Below the pieces are notes generated by a model that did no database searches, had not been told where the DNA came from, and was given only the letters and a program-made list of their open reading frames with translations. A stretch of 59,231 nucleotides of DNA, the filler included. It is 4 parts of 4 records of this genome, joined end to end, with 100 filler letters (N's around TTAATTAATTAA, not from the genome) between each part and the next. Parts side by side here need not be neighbours in the genome. Positions count along the whole stretch, not along the records: positions 35,214 to 44,380 come from SRR2962707_5443; positions 44,481 to 59,231 come from SRR2962707_5446; 2 more parts are not named here. One strand, given 5' to 3'. The translations under genes and the position numbers were made by a program. Positions 38,145 to 48,289 of the stretch are shown piece by piece. The stretch's first letter is position 1. Each line of letters opens with the position of its first letter.

Positions 38145-38729
38145 TCAGATGGCGCTTCGGATCAAGTAGCTGCTGCTGCCCCTGCGCACCAATTTATAGT
38201 CTTGCCTCTGCGCTTCATCATATGTTGTTTTTTCAATTTTTTCGAGCGCTAGCCTTAGATTATCACGAATTGAGTCACTTTGGCCATTATCTAATGCATA
38301 GGCGCGTTGAAAGATCTGTGATGCCTCTGCCGTTTTCTGTCTTTCCATCAAGACGACACCCAGATTGTTCCAGGGTTCTGGCCAGTCTGGCTCTGCCTCG
38401 GTGGCGCGGCGCAGCAGGTCTTCTGCCTGGTTCAAACGTCCAAGACCAAGATTGGCAGAGCCTAAGGAGGTCAGGACTTCTGCGGTGAGGCCATGCTCTC
38501 CGGCGGCGCGGGTAAACGCTTCTAGGGCCAGTTCATATTGTCCGGCTGCCATCATGCGGTGCCCAACAACCAACCCGTCCACGGCTTGTCCCTTGGGATC
38601 AAGCGTTGGGGCATAGACATTGTTCTCAGAACGGCCAAAGCCGCCCGGTGAACAGGCGGCCAAAAGGCAGACGAGCATGATTGCCCAGCTAGCGCGAGGC
38701 TTCGACCCTGGCTTGTTTGGACCTGTCAC
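38145..38729 (-). CDS. TPR lipoprotein (Tad locus); start uncertain
   Basis: LAAC lipobox, LGSANLGLGR, WNNLGVVL, RDNLRLA. Confidence 0.8.
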   Translation of the reverse strand: MTGPNKPGSKPRASWAIMLVCLLAACSPGGFGRSENNVYAPTLDPKGQAVDGLVVGHRMMAAGQYELALEAFTRAAGEHGLTAEVLTSLGSANLGLGRLNQAEDLLRRATEAEPDWPEPWNNLGVVLMERQKTAEASQIFQRAYALDNGQSDSIRDNLRLALEKIEKTTYDEAQRQDYKLVRRGSSSYLIRSAI

Positions 38730-39705
38730 TCATTTCTCCCATTTTCGTAATCCCTACAGCCGAAGGACCAACGAGAATAATCAGTAATGGGGGCACGGTA
38801 AGCATCATTGTGGTCAATGTCATCTTCGTCGGCAACTTGTTGGCTTTTTCCTCTGCGCGCATGACCCGTTTGTCACGCATTTCGGCAGAATACACCCGCA
38901 GTGCGTCGGAAATCGGGGTCCCGAAAGTTTGAGACTGGTTTAACACGGTGACAAAGCTCGAAATATCCTGAACGTCACATCTGTCGGCCATGTCGTTCAA
39001 AACTTCGGTCTTGTCTTTGCCCGCCTTCATTTCGTGGGACACGATTGCGAATTCATAAGCCAGAAGTGGATAAGACGAACGCAATTCTTTGGCGACCCGC
39101 ACGATGGATTGATCCATGGATTGGCCCGCCTCGACACACACCAGCATCATATCCAACGCATCCGGAAAACCGATCTCGATTTCTTCGACGCGTTTTTCAA
39201 CCCGCTTTGTGATCCAGTATTTCGGTGCCATATATCCCACGACCAGTGGCCCCAGAATATACATCATCATTTGTTGCGTTGTTGTGCTGTCCTGCTTGGA
39301 AAGCACCAACAAATAATAGGCGACACCGAGTGTCAGCCCAAGCAACCCCAACCCGAACTGCGCTAAATAATAGATGCGCACCGCGTCTTTTGAGCGATAG
39401 CCCGCGGCCATCAACTGTTTTCGCATTTTGCCCAGTTCTTTTTCATCCTTTGGTTCAAGGAATTGGGCATATTTGTTGAGTTTTTCACCGTCGCTTTTCT
39501 CGCGAAGAACGGACTTGGTCGTGTTCTGTTGGGTTTGGCGCCGATTGGACTCAGTCAGTTTTTTGAGCGGATCATTCTTGTCGCGTAAAAAGAAGGGCAG
39601 GGACATAAGCACGATCAACAGGGCAACCGCCCCGGCGGCATATGTCGGCCCGTTCGGACCAAGTAGATCGGTCAGCGCAAAGATCAGGATCGAAAAGAAT
39701 TCCAT
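38689..39705 (-). CDS. tadC: Tad pilus platform protein
   Basis: FPDALDMMLVCVEAG, AEEKANKLPTKM. Confidence 0.92.
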   Translation of the reverse strand: MEFFSILIFALTDLLGPNGPTYAAGAVALLIVLMSLPFFLRDKNDPLKKLTESNRRQTQQNTTKSVLREKSDGEKLNKYAQFLEPKDEKELGKMRKQLMAAGYRSKDAVRIYYLAQFGLGLLGLTLGVAYYLLVLSKQDSTTTQQMMMYILGPLVVGYMAPKYWITKRVEKRVEEIEIGFPDALDMMLVCVEAGQSMDQSIVRVAKELRSSYPLLAYEFAIVSHEMKAGKDKTEVLNDMADRCDVQDISSFVTVLNQSQTFGTPISDALRVYSAEMRDKRVMRAEEKANKLPTKMTLTTMMLTVPPLLIILVGPSAVGITKMGEMSDRSKQARVEASR

Positions 39706-39713
39706 AGTCCCTC

Positions 39714-40682
39714 CTAAACCTTAATATTCACGAGCATGCGCATAACGATGAGATTTGCGATGAGGAATGTTGCGACGATAAAGCATGCCGGGATGAACCA
39801 CGGGTGATCCAATACATCGTCATAGAAATGAGGGTCGGTCACTTGCACAAAGACAAGGGCACCAACTGGAAAACCCGATAGGAACTTGCCGGACCATTGA
39901 GCTTCGGCAGTGATAGCCTTGACCCGTCGGAACAACCGGAACCGGGCGCGGATGACCTTGGCCAGACCTTCGAGAATTTCAGCCAAATTACCGCCCGAGG
40001 TTTGTTGAATCGTGACGGCAACGGCCAGGAAGCGTAAGTCTTGCATATCAAGCCGTTCCGCCATGTTTTTCAGCGCTTCACCGACGTCCCGCCCATAGGT
40101 CGCCTCGTCAGCAATAATGCCGAATTCCGTCGCAAGCGGATCCTGAATCTCTTTGGAAACGATTGAAATGGCCGAGGAAAAGGGATGTCCGACCCGCAAG
40201 CTCCGCACCATAAGTTCCACGGCGTCCGGGAGCTGTTCTTCTAGCATGCTCATGCGCGTTGCCGCCTTGTGGTTCACCCACATAAAGACACCGCCAACAC
40301 CAATGACAGCGCCCATTACCGCACGCACGGGCAACGTGGCTTCTGTCCCAACCGTCAGCCCCACAAACGACAAGAGGCTAAGCCCGATCATGATCAAAAC
40401 CAGCTGTTTCGGCGTGAACGCCAAGGCGGCCTTCTGAGCCCGGTCTGCAAGAATGGCATAGATCGGAACCGAGCGCGTTTTCAGGTGCTGGTCCATTTCC
40501 TTGCGTAGCTTGGTCAAAACCTCGTCGCGACGTTCGCCCTTGTCCAACATTTCCAACCGTCGGTTGACCCGTCGTCCCAGACGGATCGATTTCCCGAAGA
40601 ACAAAAGGTAAAGCCCCTCAACGAGGAGCAAGACAGCCAAAAATATCAGACCGTAGATCAGGAGTTCTGGACTCAGTGCCAT
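39714..40682 (-). CDS. tadB: Tad pilus platform protein
   Basis: QLPDAVELMVRSLRVGHP, QQTSGGNLAEIL. Confidence 0.92.
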   Translation of the reverse strand: MALSPELLIYGLIFLAVLLLVEGLYLLFFGKSIRLGRRVNRRLEMLDKGERRDEVLTKLRKEMDQHLKTRSVPIYAILADRAQKAALAFTPKQLVLIMIGLSLLSFVGLTVGTEATLPVRAVMGAVIGVGGVFMWVNHKAATRMSMLEEQLPDAVELMVRSLRVGHPFSSAISIVSKEIQDPLATEFGIIADEATYGRDVGEALKNMAERLDMQDLRFLAVAVTIQQTSGGNLAEILEGLAKVIRARFRLFRRVKAITAEAQWSGKFLSGFPVGALVFVQVTDPHFYDDVLDHPWFIPACFIVATFLIANLIVMRMLVNIKV

Positions 40683-40687
40683 GGTGC

Positions 40688-42145
40688 TCAGCCCCCGTGC
40701 ATCGGTTCAAAAATGGAGGCAGGAAGGTCATATCCCCACATCCGGAACCGTTCTGTAAAGTGGGAGCGAACTCCGGTGGCTGTGAAATGCCCCAGAATTC
40801 TATTGTCTGGTGTTAGGCCGGTACGCTGAAACCGAAACACTTCTTGCATTGAAATGACGTCGCCTTCCATGCCGGTGACTTCTGTGATCGAGGTCATGCG
40901 GCGAGAGCCGTCTTGTAGGCGGCTGACTTGAACAATCAGGTTCACGGCTGACGAAATTTGCGATCGAACGGCCTTGAGCGGCATTTCAATACCGGCCATC
41001 GCAATCATGTTTTCCAACCGGCTGACGCCATCACGCGAACTGTTCGCGTGAATCGTGGTCATAGAGCCATCATGGCCGGTGTTCATTGCCTGAAGCATGT
41101 CGATCACTTCTTCGCCACGTGTTTCCCCGACAATGATCCTGTCAGGGCGCATCCGAAGCGCGTTTTTCAGACAATCGCGGGGTGTGACCGCGCCTTTGCC
41201 TTCAACGTTCGGCGGGCGACTTTCCATTCGGCCCACATGTGATTGCTGCAACTGAAGTTCGGCGGTGTCTTCGATGGTCAGGATACGTTCATTGTCGTCA
41301 ATAAAACTGGACAGCGCGTTCAGCGCGGTTGTTTTGCCCGAACCGGTCCCGCCAGATACGATCACATTCAGACGCGTGGCGACCGCTGCCTGAAGATAGA
41401 CAGCCATCTCTTCGGTAAAGGCGCCGAAACGAACCAGATCATCAATGCCAAGTTTGTCTTTTTTGAATTTTCGAATTGAAACAAGCGAGCCATCAACCGC
41501 AATTGGCGGGACCATCGCGTTGAAACGCGAGCCATCCGCCAAACGGGCGTCGACATATGGGTTCGATTCATCGACCCGCCGCCCAACGGCGGAAACGATC
41601 TTGTCGATGATCCTAAGTAAGTGGCGTTCGTCTTTGAACTCAACGTCCGACATCTCTAACTTGCCATCACGTTCGACAAAAATCTGATGTGGGCCGTTGA
41701 CCAAGATGTCGCTGATAGAGTCGTCTTTCAAAAGGGTTTCGAGCGGGCCTAGACCTCTGACTTCATCATATAATTCGTTGTTAACAGTTGTGCGATCTTC
41801 CCGATTTAGAATGACGGATTTCTCTTCCAGAGTTTCCGTGATGATCGCGTTGATTTCTTCGCGTAGCTCTTGCTCTGTGGCGTGTTCCAAGGCGGCAAGG
41901 TTGAGGTTCTCAAGCAACGCACTGTGTAATTGCAGTTTGAGTTCGCCCAGTTTGGCTTTCTTTTTCTTCTCACGCTCCGGCCGGGCGCTTCGCGCCGCGA
42001 TGGTGAGGGGTTTTCGCGCGACGTTTGAAACGGGGGTGCCAACGCGTTTGGTGTCTGCCGGTTTCGTAGGCGCCAGCGATTCGGCAATTTTTTCCAGTTC
42101 AAATTCAGCGGATTTTGCTGATGATTTTTTGTAGCGTGAAAACAT
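40688..42145 (-). CDS. cpaF: Tad pilus assembly ATPase (CpaF/TadA)
   Basis: [41 protein letters not shown]. Confidence 0.95.
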   Translation of the reverse strand: MFSRYKKSSAKSAEFELEKIAESLAPTKPADTKRVGTPVSNVARKPLTIAARSARPEREKKKKAKLGELKLQLHSALLENLNLAALEHATEQELREEINAIITETLEEKSVILNREDRTTVNNELYDEVRGLGPLETLLKDDSISDILVNGPHQIFVERDGKLEMSDVEFKDERHLLRIIDKIVSAVGRRVDESNPYVDARLADGSRFNAMVPPIAVDGSLVSIRKFKKDKLGIDDLVRFGAFTEEMAVYLQAAVATRLNVIVSGGTGSGKTTALNALSSFIDDNERILTIEDTAELQLQQSHVGRMESRPPNVEGKGAVTPRDCLKNALRMRPDRIIVGETRGEEVIDMLQAMNTGHDGSMTTIHANSSRDGVSRLENMIAMAGIEMPLKAVRSQISSAVNLIVQVSRLQDGSRRMTSITEVTGMEGDVISMQEVFRFQRTGLTPDNRILGHFTATGVRSHFTERFRMWGYDLPASIFEPMHGG

Positions 42146-42159
42146 TATCTACGTCCAAT

Positions 42160-43407
42160 CTATGCGGCTTCCGAGTCGGAAGCTCCTAACCGGTGAAGCG
42201 ACCCTGCCATTTTGGCAATTTCCTTGCGGAGTGGATTATTTGACGCTTCACTTCCCAAAGGCAGCCCGTGATCACAGGCTTGAGTGACAGCTTTGCCGCC
42301 GTCCGGTAGTTGAACGTCAATCGCAATGCCCAGACCTTCGGCCATACGTTTCACACGGCTTTTACCTTGCAGGTCCGTGAACTTAGGGGCCCGGTTCAAC
42401 AGGAACCGAATTTTTTCGAATGGCAGGTTTTCTGAGTGAAGCGTGCGTTTGAGGCGCAAGGCGTTTTGGGCGGACCGCATATCAAGTTCGATCAGACCAA
42501 AGAACACAGAGGCGCGTTCCAGGACAGTTTCCGACCAGTTAACCAAGGTATTTGGCAGATCCAGGATAACGTAGTCGAAGTTATCGGCTGCAATGGTAAG
42601 CAGCTTGTCGATGTCGTTTGGTTCCACAATGTCCAAGGGGAGGACATTGGGCGGCGCCGTCAGAACGTGCATTTTGCCTTCATAAGATTCGAGAACAGCT
42701 TGAAAGCTGTCGTCATCCAGAGATTCCATATCCGTCAGCATCTCGAAAACCGCCTCTTTGCGCGGCAAATCAAGATAGGTCGAAACGGACCCGAACTGGA
42801 GGCTCAGGTCGATCAAACAAACGCTGGGCGGGGAGGCCTTGTCGATATTGGCCAATTCCCAAGCGAGGTTCACGGCAAAAGTGGTCGCACCGGTGCCGCC
42901 GCTTAGACCTTGGGCGGCGATGATTACACCTTGTCCCGAGGTCTTACGTTCTGGTTTGTGCGCCTGAGCTTCGGATTCATTGGCGGTGGCAGCCGGCTTT
43001 GAAATCGAGCGCAGACGAGAGACAGCTGAACGCAGCTCTCCCTCTGGCAGCGGATAGGGTACAAACTCATCTGCGCCATTACGAAGCAACTGATGCAACG
43101 ATGCAGGGGTAACGTCTTCGGCAATGAGGATGACTTTGATATTGCGCGCTTTGGCAGCAACGATGGTTTGTTTGATTGTTGTGAGGTTCTCTTCGTCGAC
43201 GCTATCTATCGCGATAGCAACAAACTCCAGATCCCCAGCGTCTGGTTGGCCCATAAACTGATAAGCCTGGTCAAAGCCAAGGTCGCCCCAGCTTTCACCC
43301 ATGATGTCTTCCATGTCTTCGATTAACAGGTCAAAATTTTGCACGTCACGACTAATTGTGCAGGCCTTTATGGGGCCTGGGTCTTCCGTGTACATGATAC
43401 TCGTCAT
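42160..43407 (-). CDS. cpaE: Pilus localisation protein (CpaE/TadZ): atypical receiver plus MinD-like ATPase
   Basis: SGGTGATTFAVNLA, LIDLSLQFG, DYVILDLP. Confidence 0.9.
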   Translation of the reverse strand: MTSIMYTEDPGPIKACTISRDVQNFDLLIEDMEDIMGESWGDLGFDQAYQFMGQPDAGDLEFVAIAIDSVDEENLTTIKQTIVAAKARNIKVILIAEDVTPASLHQLLRNGADEFVPYPLPEGELRSAVSRLRSISKPAATANESEAQAHKPERKTSGQGVIIAAQGLSGGTGATTFAVNLAWELANIDKASPPSVCLIDLSLQFGSVSTYLDLPRKEAVFEMLTDMESLDDDSFQAVLESYEGKMHVLTAPPNVLPLDIVEPNDIDKLLTIAADNFDYVILDLPNTLVNWSETVLERASVFFGLIELDMRSAQNALRLKRTLHSENLPFEKIRFLLNRAPKFTDLQGKSRVKRMAEGLGIAIDVQLPDGGKAVTQACDHGLPLGSEASNNPLRKEIAKMAGSLHRLGASDSEAA

Positions 43408-43604
43408 AAAAGTAGTCCCTTACAACCTAAGCCCGGCAAGCCGGCAGCAGAACGTGGCCGCAGAAAGCCAATGTTCTTCTGGGTCGCGATATTGTTCCTG
43501 CAGAAACCAACTCAGCAGTTCACATACCGCATGCCTAGATTGACAAGGAAAATGGGCAAGAATTGGGCTAAATCCGAGAAAAATTGTGATTCAGCCTGTG
43601 GTTG

Positions 43605-44255
43605 CTAGCCGCCTGTGGTGGTGCCTTGGGCTGCAACGGTGCTTCTTGGAGAGGCACTGATAACGTATTCCCGATAGATGACGTGCGCATATTTTCCGTC
43701 AAGCAGTGACGGGTGGTTACGAACAAGGCCAGAGACCTGTGTAACAGTGCGTCGATTGCGCCGGTCCCGTCTTTGCGTCAAAACCAACGGCTGTGTTTCG
43801 CCAAATGAGGCCACAGCTTCAAGTCTGGATCGGCTAATTCCTTGAGAAACAAGGAAATTTACAGCTGAATTTGCGCGTCGTAGTCCAAGGCGTTTGTTGT
43901 AACTTGTCGATCCAACAAGGTCAGTATGACCATAAACCCGAAAACGAACCTCAGGAAATTGGCGAATCCAGGTGGCTTGTTGACGTAGGGTGGTCATCGC
44001 GGAAGCGTCTAAACGGGCGCTGTTAAACGCGAAGTTAATCATAGGATTTACTTCGTTTGCAAAGCGGTTTGCCAAGTTGGTCGTTGCGTCAACTTCACCC
44101 GTCATACGCAAGGTGTTTTGCATGGTGGCATTGCCGAATTCGCCACTGTCCACTTCAGAACCGGCTTCTGGGCCAAATTGTGAATTAATTGTGTCACCGG
44201 CACAGGCGGAAAGCAGGGCTGCTGCGCAAATCGAAAGGGTCAAAGGTTTGAACAT
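43605..44255 (-). CDS. OmpA-family lipoprotein of the Tad locus
   Basis: LSAC lipobox, FAFNS, GHTD...NKRLGLRRA, NRRT. Confidence 0.88.
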   Translation of the reverse strand: MFKPLTLSICAAALLSACAGDTINSQFGPEAGSEVDSGEFGNATMQNTLRMTGEVDATTNLANRFANEVNPMINFAFNSARLDASAMTTLRQQATWIRQFPEVRFRVYGHTDLVGSTSYNKRLGLRRANSAVNFLVSQGISRSRLEAVASFGETQPLVLTQRRDRRNRRTVTQVSGLVRNHPSLLDGKYAHVIYREYVISASPRSTVAAQGTTTGG

Positions 44256-44271
44256 TGGCGCCAGTTTCCTA

Positions 44272-44380
44272 TCAATCCATCACATAGCCATAAGAACCCG
44301 AAAAATCTTGCTTCGCAACTTCGCCGGCTGCGCCACGGGTCGGCCTGTTTCCACCGGCGACGCGGCCAAACAGGAAGAGA
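44272..44380 (-). CDS. cpaC: C-terminus of Tad secretin (CpaC/RcpA), partial
   Basis: Translates to LFLFGRVAGGNRPTRGAAGEVAKQDFSGSYGYVMD-stop at the expected position in the locus. Confidence 0.75.
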
Positions 44381-44480
44381 NNNNNNNNNNNNNNNNNNNN
44401 NNNNNNNNNNNNNNNNNNNNNNNNTTAATTAATTAANNNNNNNNNNNNNNNNNNNNNNNNNNNNNNNNNNNNNNNNNNNN
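44381..44480. other. Artificial contig linker
   Basis: N-run / TTAATTAATTAA / N-run. Confidence 0.99.
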
Positions 44481-44509
44481 GTGACAGTTTGATGACAGTT
44501 CAGTGACAG
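44481..44509 (-). promoter_or_regulatory. Intragenic triple Pho-box-like array
   Basis: Minus strand CTGTCAC-TGAA-CTGTCAT-CAAA-CTGTCAC at 11-bp period. Confidence 0.55.
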
Positions 44510-44794
44510 AAGGCCGGGGACAAGCGCGAAAGCGGCCTTTCTGGCCCGTCCGAGGTCGCGCTTCACCTCCGCCTCCGAAGGCGCCCCTTCGAGCCCCGCC
44601 GCCGCCCAGAGAGCCGCCGCCGCTCCCTCGAAATCGTAAGCCTTTACAAGGTCTTCGACGTCGTAGCCCGCCACCACCAGCCGTCCCGCTTCGCCATCCA
44701 CATGGCTCAGCGCGGTTTCCGCCGCCACCACATTGTCGAGGCCGCTCGCGCTCGGCATGTGCGTCTCGTTGCTCGGGATCGTTCTCTCGGCCAT
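44481..44794 (-). CDS. Citrate synthase/2-methylcitrate synthase family protein, 3' truncated
   Basis: SGLDNVVAAETALSHVDGEAGRLVVAGY; RBS AAGGAG. Confidence 0.85.
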
Positions 44795-44930
44795 TTGATC
44801 TCTCCTTCTCGTCCGGACCTGAAAGGCAAGCAATATCAATTGGTTGATAGTTCCTGCCGGGTCGCGGCCCGCGCGTCGCGGCGGGCCTCCTTGCCCTTCA
44901 AGCTGGAGACAGGTTGATCGTCAGTCAATC

Positions 44931-44947
44931 TTGATTAAGATAATCAA
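44931..44947. promoter_or_regulatory. Palindromic operator in the divergent citrate synthase promoter
   Basis: TTGATTA-AGA-TAATCAA; related TTGAT/ATCAA units at 44834-44849 and 44914-44928. Confidence 0.55.
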
Positions 44948-44968
44948 TATATAGAAAAGAGGCGCGAA

Positions 44969-46189
44969 ATGGCCGAACTCCCGGAGAGCCTGTACCTCAC
45001 CGCCCGCGAAGCGGCGGCGGAGCTCGGCGTCACCCTCCCCACCCTCTACGCCTATGTGAGCCGTGACCTGATCCGCTCCGAGCCGGTGCCGGACAGCCGT
45101 GCCAAGCGCTACCGGGCGGAGGATGTGCGTGCGCTCAAGCGGCGGAGATCGCAGGAAAATCAGGAGGTTAGCGGCACGCCGGGCACGCTTTCCTTCGGCC
45201 AGCCGGTGCTCGATTCCGCGATCACGCTGATCGCCGACGGCCGCCTCCACTACCGCGGCTCGGACGCGACGGCGCTTGCCCGCAATTCGAGCCTCGAACA
45301 GGTCGCCGCCCTTCTCTGGGGGTGCCGGGACGTTCAGCCCTTCACGAAAGACGCCGTTTTCCGCCCTTCCGAGCGGCTTTCCGCGCTTGCTACGTCGCTC
45401 GCCCGCGTGCCCCGCATCGAGCGCTGCCTGTCGCTGCTCCCACAGGCAACGTTGGAAGACGCCGCCGTCTACAACATGACGGATCGCGGCCTCGCCGCCA
45501 CGGGTGCGCGGCTGCTGCGCTACGTCGCCGCCGTCATCGCGGGCGAGGTTCCAAGCGACAAGCCGGTCCACGAGGTGCTGACCCGCGCGCTGACGCAGGG
45601 CGAGAAACCCGCCTCCGAGCTCATCCGCGCGGCGCTCGTGCTCTCCGCCGATCACGAGCTCAATGCGTCGGCCTTCACGGTCCGCTGCGTCGCGGGCACC
45701 GGCGCGACGTTATACGGCGCGGTCCAGGCGGGGATATGTGCCGCGCAGGGGCCGCGCCATGGCGGCTTGTCGGGCCGCGTCGAAGGATTGCTGCTCGACA
45801 TGTCGAACCGGCAGGACGTGGAAGACGCGGTGGTTCAACGGCTTAAGGACAATGACCCCGTGCCGGGCTTCGGCCATCCGCTTTACCCGGACGGCGATCC
45901 ACGCGCGGCCGCGCTGCTTGCGATGGTCGCGGAGAAGTATGGCGATGACGCCAATTTCATTCGCGCCCAGCGCGTCGTCGGCGTCATGGCGGAAGCGGGC
46001 GGGTTGAAGCCCAACATCGACTTCGCGATCGCGACCGTCGGCACGGTGTTGCACCTGCCGCGCGGCGCGGGGCTCAGCATGTTCGTGCTCGGGCGCACGG
46101 CGGGCTGGATCGGCCATGCGATGGAGCAATATCGCACAGGGCTGATGATCCGCCCCCGCGCACGCTATACCGGGGAAGCACCGCGCTGA
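44969..46189 (+). CDS. HTH-fused citrate synthase family protein
   Basis: N-terminal YLTAREAAAELGVTLPTLYAYVSRDLI; ADHELNAS, GPRHGG, GFGHPLY, NIDF, RPRARY. Confidence 0.9.
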   Translation: MAELPESLYLTAREAAAELGVTLPTLYAYVSRDLIRSEPVPDSRAKRYRAEDVRALKRRRSQENQEVSGTPGTLSFGQPVLDSAITLIADGRLHYRGSDATALARNSSLEQVAALLWGCRDVQPFTKDAVFRPSERLSALATSLARVPRIERCLSLLPQATLEDAAVYNMTDRGLAATGARLLRYVAAVIAGEVPSDKPVHEVLTRALTQGEKPASELIRAALVLSADHELNASAFTVRCVAGTGATLYGAVQAGICAAQGPRHGGLSGRVEGLLLDMSNRQDVEDAVVQRLKDNDPVPGFGHPLYPDGDPRAAALLAMVAEKYGDDANFIRAQRVVGVMAEAGGLKPNIDFAIATVGTVLHLPRGAGLSMFVLGRTAGWIGHAMEQYRTGLMIRPRARYTGEAPR

Positions 46190-46236
46190 ACCCCGTGCTA
46201 AGTTCCTGCACGGCAACGGATTTCAAGGAAACAATC

Positions 46237-46905
46237 ATGAGCGGCAGAACGGCGCTGGTCGCGGGCGCAACGGGTCTTGTCGGCGGGCATCTCATCCGCC
46301 AACTGGCCGGCGACAATGCCTGTGCAAAAGTCACAGCGGTTTTGCGGCGGCCGCTTGAAGGCATCGCCTCTCCGAAACTCAACGAGGTCATTGCTGATTT
46401 CGACAAGCTCGATATCTCGCTGACAGGTGTCGCGGCGGACGACGCCTATTGCGCGCTCGGAACGACGATCAAGAAAGCCGGCAGCCAGGCAGAATTCCGC
46501 AAGGTCGATCACGACTACATCGTCTCCTTCGCCCGCGCCGCGCAGGCCGCAGGCGCAAAGCGCTTCATGCTGGTCTCCGCCATCGGCGCCGATCCCACCT
46601 CATCCGTTTTCTATTCGCGCGTAAAAGGCGAGACGGAACAGGCCGTTACGGCGCTCGGTTTCGAGACGCTCCATATTTTCCGGCCCGGACTCATCCTCGG
46701 CGAACGCGCGGAGCGGCGCACGCTTGAAGGCCTCGGCATGGGGCTTGCGCCCTTCCTGAACCCGCTAATGCTTGGGCCCGCCCGCGTCTACCGCTCGATC
46801 CCCGCCGAGACCATCGCCCATGCCATGAGCGGCGCCGCGATGTCGGGGCTGACCGGAAGGCATGTTCACACCTATGACGCGATGACCCATCTCGCCGGGC
46901 TTTGA
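46237..46905 (+). CDS. NAD(P)-binding oxidoreductase (YraR/HTATIP2-like)
   Basis: GATGLVG, CALGTTIKKAGS, FYSRVKG. Confidence 0.88.
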   Translation: MSGRTALVAGATGLVGGHLIRQLAGDNACAKVTAVLRRPLEGIASPKLNEVIADFDKLDISLTGVAADDAYCALGTTIKKAGSQAEFRKVDHDYIVSFARAAQAAGAKRFMLVSAIGADPTSSVFYSRVKGETEQAVTALGFETLHIFRPGLILGERAERRTLEGLGMGLAPFLNPLMLGPARVYRSIPAETIAHAMSGAAMSGLTGRHVHTYDAMTHLAGL

Positions 46906-47011
46906 TTTCCACGTCTTGTGGTAAGGTTCCAAAAAGGAATTTATCTATGGAGGACCTTCCAATGGCGGCTTTCAGCCGGATTCAACGGGCGCGTGCCAGC
47001 AGGCGGGCTCA

Positions 47012-48262
47012 GTGAACGAGATGGCGCCGGCACCGGAAGCCGCGGCCGTCGCGGCAGCGCGCCAGCAGCGGCTCAACCTCTATCTCGGTGGACAGGCGAG
47101 CTGGTTCATCAGCCTCGGCATCCAGTTCGTCATCTTCCCGTTCCTCGTGACGCAGGTGCTGCACGAACCGGCGGCGCGCGTCGGCATCGCACAGATGTCG
47201 CTGATGATTCCCTCGCTGCTTTTCATGTTGCTGGGCGGCACGGTGGCGGATCACGGCGATGCGCGCCGGATTCTCATTCGTGTGCATTTGTTCGCAACTT
47301 TGCCACCGCTCCTACTCGCCGTGGTCTTCCTCACCGACAACCTCACCTACGGAACGCTCATCGTTTACGCGCTGACGATGGGCACGCTCGGCGCCTTCGC
47401 GATCCCCGCCCGCGACAGCGCGTTGTCGCGCGTTGCCGAAACGAAAATCCAGCAGGCCGTCACCATGGCGATGGGTGTGCAGATGGGCTCGCAGCTTGTC
47501 GGCATGCTGATCGCGGCGCTCGCCGCGATCACCGGCACGCCTGCATTGCTGTTTTTCCAGGCGGCCGTCATGTTCGCAGGGCTCTGGATGTCGGTGCGGC
47601 TCGCGCCACTGCCGCCCACCAACACCGCAGCCACCAATCGCTTCGCGCAGATCGTCGATGGCGTGAAGTCAGCCGCGGCGATTCCGATTGTCGCCACGGT
47701 CATCGCGCTCAATTTCGCGGTCGGGTTGTTTTATGTCGGCAGTTTTCTCGTGGTGCTGCCGCTCATGCTGCGCGACATCTACCAGAGCACCCCAGCCGAG
47801 TTCACGCGCGATTTCGCGATCATCAACATCTGCTTCTGGGGCGGCACCATCTTTGCCAACATGGCGCTGCTCCGCGTGGGCCATGTTCCCTATCGCGGAC
47901 GTGTCATGATGGCGTCGCTGACAAGCGGGCTCATCATTCTCGCCCTCTTCCACTTTCACATGCCGTTCTGGGTGCTCTGCGTGCTCATCCTGTGGTGGGG
48001 CATGGGTGCGGGAACGACGATGACGATGGGCCGCACCATCGTGCAGGTGGCAGCGTCGGAGAGCCATCTCGCGCGCGTTCTCGCTGCCTATCAGCTCGGC
48101 TTTTCCGGTGGCGCTCCGCTTGGCGCGCTGATGATGGGATTGCTTGTCGGCTGGCTCGGCATTTTCGATGCCGTCCTCGTTCCCGCCACGATCATGGTCG
48201 GAATACTGGCGCTGCTCTATTTCCTGACGCCGATCTGGAGCTACCGGGCGGAAGCGGACTGA
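47012..48262 (+). CDS. MFS transporter
   Basis: About 12 TM helices, GGTVADHGDARRIL. Confidence 0.88.
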   Translation: MNEMAPAPEAAAVAAARQQRLNLYLGGQASWFISLGIQFVIFPFLVTQVLHEPAARVGIAQMSLMIPSLLFMLLGGTVADHGDARRILIRVHLFATLPPLLLAVVFLTDNLTYGTLIVYALTMGTLGAFAIPARDSALSRVAETKIQQAVTMAMGVQMGSQLVGMLIAALAAITGTPALLFFQAAVMFAGLWMSVRLAPLPPTNTAATNRFAQIVDGVKSAAAIPIVATVIALNFAVGLFYVGSFLVVLPLMLRDIYQSTPAEFTRDFAIINICFWGGTIFANMALLRVGHVPYRGRVMMASLTSGLIILALFHFHMPFWVLCVLILWWGMGAGTTMTMGRTIVQVAASESHLARVLAAYQLGFSGGAPLGALMMGLLVGWLGIFDAVLVPATIMVGILALLYFLTPIWSYRAEAD

Positions 48263-48289
48263 CGCGAAAGCGTCAGCCCGCTTGTGCGC

